From the IMG/VR virus record IMGVR_UViG_3300035180_001680: a DNA stretch of 64,000 nt. The stretch is one strand, 5' to 3'. The position numbers and the translations under genes were made by a program. Below are positions 9,823 to 20,278 of the stretch, in pieces (positions within the stretch are counted from its first letter, which is position 1; each line of letters opens with the position of its first letter). The notes under the pieces are model-generated. The model was not told the origin of the DNA. It saw only the letters and a program-made list of their open reading frames with translations, and did not search any database. The stretch comes from a virus (taxonomy: Duplodnaviria; Caudoviricetes).

Positions 9823-9931
9823 ATTTGCTGTAGGCAACTCACCTCATCATTATGGTGTTAAGTTATCTTCAAAAATCTGGCTTTTTTTTAATATTTAAAC
9901 CCCGTTACATTCAACACTGTTTCCTCAAATG

Positions 9932-9939
9932 TATAAATA
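9932..9939 (+). promoter_or_regulatory. T4-type late promoter
   Basis: TATAAATA upstream of GAGGAGG RBS and ATG at 9971. Confidence 0.65.
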
Positions 9940-9970
9940 TATTATAATATCCCTCAAAGAGGAGGTTAGT

Positions 9971-11593
9971 ATGAATGACTATGCAAAATCATTAGAACAG
10001 AACAATAAAATCAAACTACTCGAACCGCTGAAGAATGTAAAACAACACCACAAAATGCAGTGTTTGGTGTGCAAACATGAATGGTCTGCTACACCATTAT
10101 CAAAACAACAAACATTTAAAAAATATGGAGTGGGTGGTTGTCCTGTATGTAATAAACAACGTAAACATACAACATATGATATTTCGCGGCAAAAAACACT
10201 GGAAAGATTAAAAGTTAGAGGAATTGTAGTTCTAACAGATTGGTATGATGGACGACACACATCCGAAAAGATTAAAGTAACTAATACCAGATGTGGACAC
10301 ACATTTTGGATTTCTGCTAATAATTTGATACAAGCAGAAGTTGATTGTTCTGTTTGCGGCCCTCAAAAACGGATTGCGCCTCTTACAGCTTGGTCGAAAG
10401 AGAATTCACGAAAGTGGAAAGAGACAGCTTCTGAATGGCAGTTATATAAAGCAGAGGTCACTTCTCAAACAGAACAAACGTATAAAAAATACAAGAAATA
10501 CATAAACCCAGAAAACTTACCCAGAGGCAAAGCCGGTGTTGATGGAGCATATCATTTGGATCACATCGTTCCTAAACGATTTTGTTTCGAAAATGATGTA
10601 CCAGTTAGTGCATGTTCCGATAAATCAAATTTACAAATGATTGGGTGGCGAGAGAATGTAGGATCACGAAATCACATTAAAGGAACTATACCTCCTTTAT
10701 TTTTTCAATATATTCCATCATATGATAGAATAAAGCGTTATGTGGAAACTATACAAACGTTTTTACCAAACAGTCAATCTTTTGTATCTATAGCTGATAT
10801 AATTGTAACATTATACAATCAAACAACGAATAGGGCTATCATAATAGTTCCAATTGATCAAATACACGCTAATCAGAAAAATGGTTATAACGCATATAAA
10901 ACATTGATGGCATTGGGTATCAACACAACTATTATTTTTGAAGATGAATTATTCAACACTAAATTGATACAGGCAAAATTGCGTCATTATACAAACCAAA
11001 ATCAAAACCTCGAACGCATCCATTCTCGTGCGTGTATTATACGAGAATGTTCAAAAGAGGAGAAAAAAGTTTTATTAGACGCCAACCACTTACAAGGAAA
11101 TGATATTGCTCAATTTAATTATGGAGCTTATTTTAATGGTCAATTGGTGGCTGTTATGACTTTTTCACGTCCAAGAGTCGCGTTGGGGCAAAAAGGAAAA
11201 AAAGATAGAGAGGGTCAGTGGGAACTTAGTCGATTTTGCACTGATGTTAATTTTCGTATTCCTGGCATAGCTTCTCGTTTGTTAAAATATTTTCAACGTC
11301 ATCATCCCAATTGGGTGGAGATTTACAGTTACGCTGATAAGCGGTGGAGTAAGGGGAACATGTATTATCAACTTGGATTCGAATTGGTTATCGATAACCC
11401 TCCAGATTATTTTTATGTTATTGAAGGAGTACGAAAACACAGATGGAATTACCGAAAAGACATATTAAAGAATACATTACCGAACTACGATGTTAAACTA
11501 ACAGAATATCAAAACATGACAAACCATGGATATTATAGAGTTTGGGATTGTGGAACCCTAAAATTTTCCATGAAAAACAACACCCAATTTTAA
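9971..11593 (+). CDS. Composite free-standing homing-endonuclease-like protein (Zn ribbons + HNH + degenerate Vsr-like + Hef-like C-terminal domain)
   Basis: CxxC..H.W..CPxC zinc ribbons; 'YHLDHIVP...NLQMIGWRENVGSRN' HNH; C-terminal 'NHLQG...LVAVMTF...WELSRFC...SYADKRWSKGNMYYQLGF'. Confidence 0.72.
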   Translation: MNDYAKSLEQNNKIKLLEPLKNVKQHHKMQCLVCKHEWSATPLSKQQTFKKYGVGGCPVCNKQRKHTTYDISRQKTLERLKVRGIVVLTDWYDGRHTSEKIKVTNTRCGHTFWISANNLIQAEVDCSVCGPQKRIAPLTAWSKENSRKWKETASEWQLYKAEVTSQTEQTYKKYKKYINPENLPRGKAGVDGAYHLDHIVPKRFCFENDVPVSACSDKSNLQMIGWRENVGSRNHIKGTIPPLFFQYIPSYDRIKRYVETIQTFLPNSQSFVSIADIIVTLYNQTTNRAIIIVPIDQIHANQKNGYNAYKTLMALGINTTIIFEDELFNTKLIQAKLRHYTNQNQNLERIHSRACIIRECSKEEKKVLLDANHLQGNDIAQFNYGAYFNGQLVAVMTFSRPRVALGQKGKKDREGQWELSRFCTDVNFRIPGIASRLLKYFQRHHPNWVEIYSYADKRWSKGNMYYQLGFELVIDNPPDYFYVIEGVRKHRWNYRKDILKNTLPNYDVKLTEYQNMTNHGYYRVWDCGTLKFSMKNNTQF

Positions 11594-11609
11594 TTTACAA
11601 TCAAGTACC

Positions 11610-11617
11610 TATAAATA
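11610..11617 (+). promoter_or_regulatory. T4-type late promoter
   Basis: TATAAATA upstream of ORF 11651. Confidence 0.65.
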
Positions 11618-11650
11618 CTCTACAACAAAAACATCTTTTTATTGGTGATC

Positions 11651-11986
11651 ATGAAATTAACATTTAAAGAATATTTGGATTCAAAAAATAGGCTGTTAGA
11701 AGCAATACAAAAATCGCCTGTTCAACGATCTGTTTATGATATTTCTCGATATTGTAAACTTGCTGTGTATGGAGAAGATGACAGTAAGATTACGTTGTTG
11801 TTAAAACCAAAACAACAAGTGGTTGTGGAATGGAAATATGAAGATGTGAACGATCCAACACCTGTTCATATTCGGTTTGAAGATGAAAAAAATCCAACTT
11901 TAAATGAAACTGATTATTTTACGAACTGGAAAGGTTCTAAATTAAAGAGTTGGTTATCAAAAAATACTAATGAAGTAACACCGTGA
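11651..11986 (+). CDS. Hypothetical protein
   Basis: Clean ORF behind a late promoter; 'LTFKEYL' N-terminus resembles that of ORF 60232. Confidence 0.7.
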   Translation: MKLTFKEYLDSKNRLLEAIQKSPVQRSVYDISRYCKLAVYGEDDSKITLLLKPKQQVVVEWKYEDVNDPTPVHIRFEDEKNPTLNETDYFTNWKGSKLKSWLSKNTNEVTP

Positions 11987-12007
11987 AGTAAATCAATACC
12001 TACTTTG

Positions 12008-12015
12008 TATAAATA
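12008..12015 (+). promoter_or_regulatory. T4-type late promoter
   Basis: TATAAATA upstream of GAGG RBS and ATG 12045. Confidence 0.7.
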
Positions 12016-12044
12016 AATGTTGAACTATACAAAAGAGGTTATTA

Positions 12045-15000
12045 ATGTCAACACTAGGTTTTTACACTGACGCTCCTGGAAAAATTTCCAGCGAAGGGCG
12101 TGAAATAACTCTAAAATTACAAAAAACAAGTCCATCAACGGCAAAGGTTAGTTGGACCCTTCCAAAAGGTGCACCAGGGTGTTCTGTTGATGATTTATCA
12201 TATAATGGAATTTTGGTTGTCGCAGACACAGTTCCTATAAAACAAGAACAAACTCCAACCAATCAAAAGTATTACACTGGAGATCCAACTGTGGATCGCA
12301 ATCTACATGCTGGAAGTAAAATAGGAACAGGGTTAGTAATTGGTGCTTTTTATGACGATAAAACAACCACTTCTTTAGATATTTCAGGTTTACAATTAAA
12401 CACACCATATTATATCACGGGTTTTGCTGTAGATAATGTTGGAACGTATGATTTAGAAGGAGCACATTCATATTCACAAGATTATCAGGAAACCCCTCAT
12501 GATCCTGATACGGCAGGATGTCAAACAATAAAACTTGGAGTTCTGTCATCAGATAGTACTGGACTCGTTTCAACAAACACTTATACTTTCAATGTTTCTG
12601 TAGATTACCCAGGCTTTGATAATATGGATTTGAATAGTGTGTATGATCAATTTGATGGTTTTAATGATGGATTTTTAAATACACTAAATCAGAGTACGTT
12701 ATTAAGTCAAAATTTTAAAGGTCCACTAATTTCAATTAGTGGAAGTCAGGCTCAGACATATCAACAATTAATAGATTTAATTAATTTTAATTTATCAACA
12801 TTGAATAACCCATTTCAGGGTCCTAACGCCCCTGGAACTGGAACAATTTATGTAAATCAACTAACGAACGAAGCATATATTTGGAATGGAACACACAACG
12901 TATTACAAAACACTCTAACGAGTATCAGTGATCCAACTTCACCGACTGTTAACGATTTTTGGTTAAATTCAACTACTCAAACAATGAGTAAATGGAATGG
13001 AACGTCCTGGGTTTTACAAAAATCGATTAATTTTGCTTCTGATCCTTCTGTTCCAGAGTGTGGAACATATTGGTTTAACGGAACGACATGTTTTCAGTGG
13101 GATGGAACTATTTGGAAACCACAAATAACAATAAACCAAATATCAGATCCTTCAAGTGCTCCAGTTCTTCCATGTGGGATGTTCTGGTTAAACTCAACAA
13201 CAAATCAAATGTTCCAATGGATAACTTCAAATGGTTCATGTAAAAATGGGGAATTAACAGAAGGAATCTGGACACAAGTTAATGTTTTGGATTGGAATGA
13301 AGATCCAAGAACTATTTTAGATGGAGTATATTGGTTTAATACTTCTGTGAATAAATTACAGGTAAGGAATGTTAATACTTGGAGTGTTCCATCTTACCAA
13401 GTTGTTGTTAGTGATGTTACTCCTCCTTCAAGTTATGTTATTTCAACGTTGTGGGTGAACACATCTACTGATACGTTATATGAGTGGGATGGAGTTAATT
13501 GGGTTATTTCATCAAATGAAATGATCGTATGGGCAACAGATCCTACTACCCCTTCTGCAGGAGAATTATTATGGAATGATAACTTATTTGTGTGGGACCA
13601 AGTAAGTCAACAATGGAAATTAGTTAACAATTTTGTGGAAAGTTCACTTGATCCTTCAGAAAAAGTCGTTATTGAAAAAAATGTTTGCTGGAATGATGGA
13701 ACAACCTTAAGATGTTGGGATGGAATGCAGTGGGTTGTAATTTCGGCAATATCATTTGCAAATGATCCCGCAACTATTAGTGACGGGATTTTGTGGAATA
13801 ATACACTAACAAATTCCTGGAGTATTCATCAAAGCGGAAGTTGGGTAATAATTCCTTATGCAGAATTTAACATACCTCCAACTTCTATATTACCTGGACA
13901 ATATTGGTACAATCCTCAACTTAATTCTTTGTATGTTTGGAATGGGATTGCTTGGATTTCACTTATATTTCAAACACAACCAGTTTCTTATTCTACTGGT
14001 TCGTTGTGGTATAATACAACTGAAAAATCTTTGTATAGTTGGAATGGTAGTTCGTGGGTAGTTGCGAGTGTTCCTCGTGTTTCCTTGAATGAATTAGGAA
14101 ATTTGGTATTTACAAGTGGAACGACTGGTTCCAAATCTACGATTATTGTAACAGATGGAGTATCACCAAATGGTTTATTTGCGAATTTGATTCCAAGAGG
14201 TGCGATTAACCCACCAACGAGAGGAACAGACGGACTTCTTCCAACACCTTCTTATCTTCAACAAGGCGTGGGAACAGATGGTACTTCCGAAGAACGTAGG
14301 GAAATGATTGAGACGATTTTAATTCAATTTGGATATCCCGTCGTTCAGGTTGAATTAACAAAAGAACATTTAAACTTCTGTGTCGATCAAGGTTTGCAAA
14401 CATTAAGGAGAATGGGCTCTTCAGGATATGAACGAGCATTTTTCTTTATGGATATGAAAGCTGGACAACAAACTTACAAATTAACAGATAAAACAGTTGG
14501 TTTCCATAAAATTGTTAACATCATGGGAATTTATAGAATGACTGCTGCTATTCTCGGTTCTGCTGAAGGACAGGGTGTATATGGTCAATTGGTGTTACAA
14601 CATTTGTATCAAATGGGAACGTTTGATTTAGTGAGTTATCACATTATTAATGAATATACAGAATTAATGGAGAAATTATTTGCTGCAAACATCATGTATA
14701 CGTGGAGAGAAAAACCAAGATTATTATCAATTCACCAAAATTTGTTTAGAGATGAACGAGTATTAATGGATGTAATGATAGAACGAACAGAACAAGATAT
14801 TATGGCAGATCGTTTTTTAAATAACTGGATTCAAACCTGGGCGACTGGTGAAGCTTGTTTGATATTGGCTGAAATTCGTGGCAAGTTCGGCAATTTACCA
14901 GGAGCAGGTGGTGGTGTTACATTAAATGCTGTTGATTTAAGAGCAAGAGCGGAAAAGGAATTTCAACAGTGTATTGATGAGCTTGATAACTACATCGCGA

Positions 15001-15050
15001 ATAGCAATTTTGAAGACATTGGATTAGGATCACAGATTATCATGGGTTAA
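12045..15050 (+). CDS. Neck protein gp13-like domain (C-terminal ~250 aa) fused to a long N-terminal region with about 11 Trp-rich repeats
   Basis: C-terminal 'LIQFGYPVVQVELTKEHLNFCVDQGL' and 'IRGKFGNLPGAGGGVTLNA'; repeats of type DP..P..G..W.N......W.G..W. Confidence 0.8.
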   Translation: MSTLGFYTDAPGKISSEGREITLKLQKTSPSTAKVSWTLPKGAPGCSVDDLSYNGILVVADTVPIKQEQTPTNQKYYTGDPTVDRNLHAGSKIGTGLVIGAFYDDKTTTSLDISGLQLNTPYYITGFAVDNVGTYDLEGAHSYSQDYQETPHDPDTAGCQTIKLGVLSSDSTGLVSTNTYTFNVSVDYPGFDNMDLNSVYDQFDGFNDGFLNTLNQSTLLSQNFKGPLISISGSQAQTYQQLIDLINFNLSTLNNPFQGPNAPGTGTIYVNQLTNEAYIWNGTHNVLQNTLTSISDPTSPTVNDFWLNSTTQTMSKWNGTSWVLQKSINFASDPSVPECGTYWFNGTTCFQWDGTIWKPQITINQISDPSSAPVLPCGMFWLNSTTNQMFQWITSNGSCKNGELTEGIWTQVNVLDWNEDPRTILDGVYWFNTSVNKLQVRNVNTWSVPSYQVVVSDVTPPSSYVISTLWVNTSTDTLYEWDGVNWVISSNEMIVWATDPTTPSAGELLWNDNLFVWDQVSQQWKLVNNFVESSLDPSEKVVIEKNVCWNDGTTLRCWDGMQWVVISAISFANDPATISDGILWNNTLTNSWSIHQSGSWVIIPYAEFNIPPTSILPGQYWYNPQLNSLYVWNGIAWISLIFQTQPVSYSTGSLWYNTTEKSLYSWNGSSWVVASVPRVSLNELGNLVFTSGTTGSKSTIIVTDGVSPNGLFANLIPRGAINPPTRGTDGLLPTPSYLQQGVGTDGTSEERREMIETILIQFGYPVVQVELTKEHLNFCVDQGLQTLRRMGSSGYERAFFFMDMKAGQQTYKLTDKTVGFHKIVNIMGIYRMTAAILGSAEGQGVYGQLVLQHLYQMGTFDLVSYHIINEYTELMEKLFAANIMYTWREKPRLLSIHQNLFRDERVLMDVMIERTEQDIMADRFLNNWIQTWATGEACLILAEIRGKFGNLPGAGGGVTLNAVDLRARAEKEFQQCIDELDNYIANSNFEDIGLGSQIIMG

Positions 15051-15154
15051 GCCATAAAATATTGGAACAACGAATACTTCAAAGTTTAAAAACGAATACA
15101 AATAATACAATGAAGTATTAGAATGATAAATAATTAGAATTAGTGTGAGATCTT

Positions 15155-16708
15155 ATGTCAACGTGTGGAAGTGTTAACAATTTAGCGACTGATTGCAACT
15201 CCGAATCGGTGTGCTCTCCTTATGATTTAAGTTCAGATCCAGCGAATTGTTATATTCAAGATTTGGTAGCGGAAGCGTTAAATCTTGCATCTGCTCCTGT
15301 TAATGTGTTTAAGTTATTAGGAGTACACGAACAAGGTCAATTGATCGATTTAACGGGATCCGGTACACCAATCTCGAGTGGAGAATATAAAGATTACCCA
15401 GCTTCATTTGCATTTAATAAAAATTTTGATGAATGGCGGTCAACACAAAAAGGTTCACTAGTTGTCACAGCATCATATATTGGTTACGATTTTGGGCCGA
15501 TTAGGTTGGACAACGGTCGCTTACGTTATTCAGTCGACACACAAGTTAAACACCATATAACATCGATACAGATACAACAAGGTTGTGAAAGTAATAACCG
15601 GGTCGTTAAAGCACGAATTGAACGATCAAATGATGGGGTTCAGTGGTTTGGTGTTGATGTCGTTACCTTACCAGATACCTTTAACCTTGAATTAATTTCT
15701 TTCAGACAATCGGCTGCTTCAAGGTATTGGAGAATTAGACCAATCACATTTAATGGTGGGACACAAGATTATTGGGCTGTAAAACAACTCACCTTAACTG
15801 ATTTAACTGCCACGCAGTTATCAAATATTCAAGATGAATTGGGGTTTTTGGAAAATCGTGATAGATCATATTCAGCTGATAGTATCCAAATTAAAGGATA
15901 TTATGATTTACAAGAATATTTAACAAACTTATCAAGATTCGGAATTGATATGAGTTCTACTCAAACGTATGTATTTAAAATTGCTTTTAGTACTGCTGTT
16001 AAAATGATTGGAAGACCAATTGTTATAGGTGACATATTTGAAGTTCCAAGTGAAACACAATATTCTCCCACTTTAAAACCTATAAAGAAATATCTCGAAG
16101 TAACAGATGTGGGTTGGGCAACAGAAGGATTTACTCCAGGATGGAAACCAACTTTACTTCGTGTTGCTGCTATGCCTATGTTGGCGAGCCAAGAAACAAT
16201 GGATATTATTGGAGACATAAATCCACCGTCTAACCTAAACGATTTTCTTGGTATTGAACAGTCAGCATTTAATCCTGAAGCGTTTGTTTCAAATATAAGA
16301 GCATCAGCTGCAGCAAACACTCAAGTTCCAGAAGGTGGTGAAGATACTGCCAACATACGAGTGTTTACAGATGAAGAAATTAAAAGTGCTGCATCACAAG
16401 GTGTCGATCTTGGTAAGTTCAATTTTAATCAACGTGGAGTTTATGTTGAAGACGGGCTTCCACCAAATGGAGAACCTTATACTGAAGGAACATCATTTCC
16501 TACACATCCGAAGGATGGAGATTATCATCGTTTGACGTATGAAGCAAAATTTAATATTCCAGTTAGATTGCACAAATATAGTGTGTTGAAGAATCGGTGG
16601 ATTTTCGTTGAAGAGGATCGACGTTCGTTATTGGTTAACCCTAAACCACAATTACAATCGTTACTTCAGGATCCTAACAAAGTAAACAACAATGAAATCA
16701 CGTCGTGA
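15155..16708 (+). CDS. Neck protein gp14-like with inserted F5/8-type-C (discoidin)-like domain
   Basis: 'IQD..FLENRDRSY...IKGYY...NLSRFGI' (gp14-like); insert 'EWRS...YIGYDFG...ITSIQIQQG...RIERSNDGVQW...RYWRIRP'; position between gp13 and gp15. Confidence 0.7.
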   Translation: MSTCGSVNNLATDCNSESVCSPYDLSSDPANCYIQDLVAEALNLASAPVNVFKLLGVHEQGQLIDLTGSGTPISSGEYKDYPASFAFNKNFDEWRSTQKGSLVVTASYIGYDFGPIRLDNGRLRYSVDTQVKHHITSIQIQQGCESNNRVVKARIERSNDGVQWFGVDVVTLPDTFNLELISFRQSAASRYWRIRPITFNGGTQDYWAVKQLTLTDLTATQLSNIQDELGFLENRDRSYSADSIQIKGYYDLQEYLTNLSRFGIDMSSTQTYVFKIAFSTAVKMIGRPIVIGDIFEVPSETQYSPTLKPIKKYLEVTDVGWATEGFTPGWKPTLLRVAAMPMLASQETMDIIGDINPPSNLNDFLGIEQSAFNPEAFVSNIRASAAANTQVPEGGEDTANIRVFTDEEIKSAASQGVDLGKFNFNQRGVYVEDGLPPNGEPYTEGTSFPTHPKDGDYHRLTYEAKFNIPVRLHKYSVLKNRWIFVEEDRRSLLVNPKPQLQSLLQDPNKVNNNEITS

Positions 16709-16822
16709 GAAGAAGTTAAACGTATCATATAAATGAACAAACGACAAAGAGATAGTAAATAGTGTGTACATATATGGAGATTGTAATGAGATTTAAGAAT
16801 AATTCTTTTGGAATACAAAATT

Positions 16823-17581
16823 ATGATTAATACATATTACTTTAACAGTCAATTTGCAAGATATATTGTTCAATTTATGAATATTTTTAATGGCTTAACA
16901 GTTATGACAGGAAAAGCTGCAAATGGAACTGAACAATCTTTACTTGTTCCGATTCAGTATGGTAGTAAAGACCGTGTAGCATCTTCTATATTAAATGATA
17001 ACACTCAAAACAAACCGTTAAGGTTACCTGTAATGAGTTGTTTTCTTTCTGGAATCACATACGCAGATAACAGAAAAAAAGGGGTTGGGACAATGAGAAC
17101 TACTCCATATGTTCCACGTGGTGGATTATTACCCGAAGACGCAAAAGTGGTTCATCAACTAATGCCAAATCCATATGACATAACGATGTCTTTGTCAATC
17201 TTTACGAGTAATATTAATACTCAACATCAAATCTTGGAACAAATTTTTATGTTATTTGATCCTATTTTACAAATTCAAATCTCTGATTCGGCTTTTGATT
17301 GGACAAAATTGACAACTGTGTTTCTCCGAAATATAAATTATGAAGAAAATTATCCTGCTGGTACGGATAGACGAATGATTGTCACAACTATCACATTTGA
17401 TATTCCGATTTATATTTCAGCTCCTGCTAATTTAAAAAATCAACTCATTCAACAAATATACGCCAGAATAGGAATTGTTGAAGGCCAAAATCTTTCAAAT
17501 GAAGAAATCATTGATCAACTAGATAAACAGAATATTAACTATGAGTTAATTGTTTCCACTGACGATTTGATCGTTAAGTAA
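16823..17581 (+). CDS. gp15: Tail terminator / sheath stabiliser (gp15-like)
   Basis: 'YIVQFMNIFNGL...VPIQYG...LRLPVMS...MPNPYDITMSLSI...QILEQI'. Confidence 0.85.
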   Translation: MINTYYFNSQFARYIVQFMNIFNGLTVMTGKAANGTEQSLLVPIQYGSKDRVASSILNDNTQNKPLRLPVMSCFLSGITYADNRKKGVGTMRTTPYVPRGGLLPEDAKVVHQLMPNPYDITMSLSIFTSNINTQHQILEQIFMLFDPILQIQISDSAFDWTKLTTVFLRNINYEENYPAGTDRRMIVTTITFDIPIYISAPANLKNQLIQQIYARIGIVEGQNLSNEEIIDQLDKQNINYELIVSTDDLIVK

Positions 17582-17684
17582 ACACCATATCATAGATAGA
17601 CCCTCAAACCTAGTGGTTTATAAAATTTAACGTCAAATAACATCTCTAACTTTTTCATTAACTTCGGGGATTTATGGAGTTTTT

Positions 17685-17692
17685 TATAAATA
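17685..17692 (+). promoter_or_regulatory. T4-type late promoter
   Basis: TATAAATA upstream of the sheath gene. Confidence 0.7.
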
Positions 17693-17771
17693 CTATTATA
17701 GAACACTCACATATGATCTAAAACAACGAGTATTGTGAGTTTATCATGATACACTAAAAGGAGATTTTATT

Positions 17772-19535
17772 ATGGCTATGTTAGTTTCCCCTGGAGTTTC
17801 AGTAACTGTTACTGATGAATCTTTCTTCATTCCAGCAACAGCACCAACGGTTCCATTACTGTTTATTGCAACAGCAGATCAAAAGTTTAGACCAGATGGC
17901 GTTACGCCAGCAACTGGAACGTACGAACATGACGTTATTGAAACAGTTACGTCAGTAACACAAAGCACTCAATTGTACGGTGTTCCACGCTTTATTGTAA
18001 ATTCCCAAGGGAATCCACAACACGGCGATTGCCGTAATGAGTATGGTGTGTTTGCGCTTAATCAGTTCCTTGGGATTGGAAGTAAAGCATATGTTATTCG
18101 CGCTAATGTGAATTTGGATGATGATCCAAGTAACATTATGACGATGTGGGATAGTGCTATTCAAAATGCAAGTAATGTTATGGAACAATTAATTGCTGCA
18201 CGTCTTCAAGAATATAACAGCACAAACCTATATATTCCAAGCAATCCTTTATATAAAACAACAGTGACAAAAACAGAGTTTATTTCTGATGCAACTTCTG
18301 CGTTACAAGCTGTGTATGATATGTATTCGTTCCGAAATTTGGAGCCATTGTTTCAAAACGATCATTCAACTGCTGTGTGTTCTGCCACAATTCCTGGATT
18401 TTGTGTATATGCGAATGGTTTTGCTTTACCAGCATCAGGTGGTTACATTGGTCTTGCAGGATTAGCTGCGGAATGGGTTGCAAATAATTCAGGTTCAACA
18501 ACAGGACACGAGACTGAATGGACGGCGACTGAAGCATCTGCATTATTAATAGAAGCAGCAACTTCATTCAAGTTTACAGTTGAGTTCTTGAATTCAACGA
18601 TGTTAGGTGCAAACGATGCCGCCCGCCGCGTTGCAATCGTTCAAGCGTTGCAAGCTTCAATTAACAGTAATCAAGCAATTCGTTCTGATCAGTATGAATT
18701 CAACTTGATTCTCTGCCCAGGTTATCCTGAAGTTGTAGATGAAATGATTGCTTTGTCGATCGACATCAACGAAGAAGCTTTTGTTATTGGTGAAACTCCT
18801 ATGAATGTGGATCCTGATGCTCTTGTTTCTGCTTGGGGAGATTCATTAACAAGTTCAAGACAGCATAGTAACAACGTTGCTTATTACTACCCACATGGTT
18901 TAGCTTCCAACTTGGATGGTGCTGATGTTATGGTAGCAGCATCTGGAATCGCTTTAAGGACATATGCATACAGTGATAATATTTCACAACTTTGGTTTGC
19001 ACCTGCAGGAACCAATCGTGGTTTGGTGTCTGGTGTTAGTCAAATAGGTTATGTTGTGGGAACTTTAGGTTCTGCAACTACTTTTGTCCCTACGGCTTTG
19101 AATCAAGGTCAACGTGACAATATGTACAAATATTTCACAAACATTAATCCTATTGCTAATCTCCCAGGAAGAGGAATTCTTGTGTTTGGTCAGAAGACGT
19201 CTCAAGGTACTGCAAGTGCAATGGATAGAGTTAACGTTTCCCGCTTAATCAAGTATATCAAACGTCAACTTCGTAAAAACACGGTTCCTTTCTTATTTGA
19301 ACCGAATGATACGATAACTCAAAACAATGTGAAGGCTGTTGTTGATGCGTTTTTACAAGACATTCTCGTTAAACGTGGTTTATACGACTTTGCTGTGTTG
19401 TGTGATTCAACCAACAATACTCCAGATCGTATTGATCGTAATGAGTTGTATGTTGACATCGCGTTGAAACCAACTAAAGCAATAGAATTTATTTACATTC
19501 CTATTCGTATCTTGGCAACTGGTGCATCAATGTAA
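17772..19535 (+). CDS. gp18: Tail sheath protein (gp18 family)
   Basis: 'LVSPGVSVTVTDES', 'WFAPAGTNRG', 'MDRVNVSRL', 'IALKPTKAIEFIYI'. Confidence 0.96.
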   Translation: MAMLVSPGVSVTVTDESFFIPATAPTVPLLFIATADQKFRPDGVTPATGTYEHDVIETVTSVTQSTQLYGVPRFIVNSQGNPQHGDCRNEYGVFALNQFLGIGSKAYVIRANVNLDDDPSNIMTMWDSAIQNASNVMEQLIAARLQEYNSTNLYIPSNPLYKTTVTKTEFISDATSALQAVYDMYSFRNLEPLFQNDHSTAVCSATIPGFCVYANGFALPASGGYIGLAGLAAEWVANNSGSTTGHETEWTATEASALLIEAATSFKFTVEFLNSTMLGANDAARRVAIVQALQASINSNQAIRSDQYEFNLILCPGYPEVVDEMIALSIDINEEAFVIGETPMNVDPDALVSAWGDSLTSSRQHSNNVAYYYPHGLASNLDGADVMVAASGIALRTYAYSDNISQLWFAPAGTNRGLVSGVSQIGYVVGTLGSATTFVPTALNQGQRDNMYKYFTNINPIANLPGRGILVFGQKTSQGTASAMDRVNVSRLIKYIKRQLRKNTVPFLFEPNDTITQNNVKAVVDAFLQDILVKRGLYDFAVLCDSTNNTPDRIDRNELYVDIALKPTKAIEFIYIPIRILATGASM

Positions 19536-19545
19536 TCAAAAGATC

Positions 19546-19572
19546 GCAAGGGGTATTAATACCCCTTGCTTT
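19546..19572 (+). terminator. Terminator hairpin between sheath and tube genes
   Basis: Perfect 24-nt palindrome GCAAGGGGTATTAATACCCCTTGC followed by TTT. Confidence 0.75.
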
Positions 19573-19613
19573 CACTAAAACAAACGATTTTTTTGGTATT
19601 TTCAATAGCATAT

Positions 19614-19621
19614 TATAAATA
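19614..19621 (+). promoter_or_regulatory. T4-type late promoter
   Basis: TATAAATA upstream of the tube gene. Confidence 0.7.
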
Positions 19622-19652
19622 CCTCCATATATGATTAAACAGGAGTAAGTGT

Positions 19653-20258
19653 ATGTCTACAATTTCAGATTTTGGTATTCCGGGTGTTGGTTCAGGTGGT
19701 CTTTTACAACCTAAACTCCAAGACCGTTGGCGTGTTATTTTTAATAATATAGGTGGTAGTGGAGTTGATTCCAAGAATTTATCATTTCAAGCAGTAAAAG
19801 TATCTCGCCCAAACTTGTCTTTTGAAGAAATCGAGCTTCATCGTTACAATTCAAGAGCATGGATTGCTGGAAAACACACATGGGCTGAATGTGAGATGAC
19901 TATTGAAGACGATGTTACAGGCTCTGCGACAAAAATTCTTCAAACGCAACTTCAAAGACAAAAGTGGTTAATTGGTGCTGATGGTCCATGGTTACAATCT
20001 GCACCTGAAGGTTCTGCTTATAAGTTCTCGCTTCAAATTGAAATGCTTGACGGAGCATCATTCGTGTTAGAGCGTTGGTATCTTGAAGGTGCTTGGATTA
20101 AGAATTCAAATTTCGGTGAACTTGATTATGGTGCAAACGAAAAAGTAACAATTGCACTGACAATCCGGTTTGATAATGCTCGTCAAGAAATTTATCAATA
20201 TCCAGATGGACAGGGTGTTGCAACTGGTGGTGCTGCTGGTTCTGCAGGTGGAATTTAA
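19653..20258 (+). CDS. gp19: Tail tube protein (gp19 family)
   Basis: 'QPKLQDRWRVIF...SRPNLSFEEIEL...AGKHTW...LEGAWI...LDY...LTIRFDNA'; follows the sheath gene. Confidence 0.92.
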   Translation: MSTISDFGIPGVGSGGLLQPKLQDRWRVIFNNIGGSGVDSKNLSFQAVKVSRPNLSFEEIELHRYNSRAWIAGKHTWAECEMTIEDDVTGSATKILQTQLQRQKWLIGADGPWLQSAPEGSAYKFSLQIEMLDGASFVLERWYLEGAWIKNSNFGELDYGANEKVTIALTIRFDNARQEIYQYPDGQGVATGGAAGSAGGI

Positions 20259-20278
20259 TTCAAAACATTTCAAAACAT

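Noticed and set aside
17705-17741. Stem-loop ACTCACA/TGTGAGT in the sheath 5' UTR as an ncRNA or riboswitch
   Set aside because: A single 7-bp stem with no family signature; at most an mRNA-stabilising hairpin.
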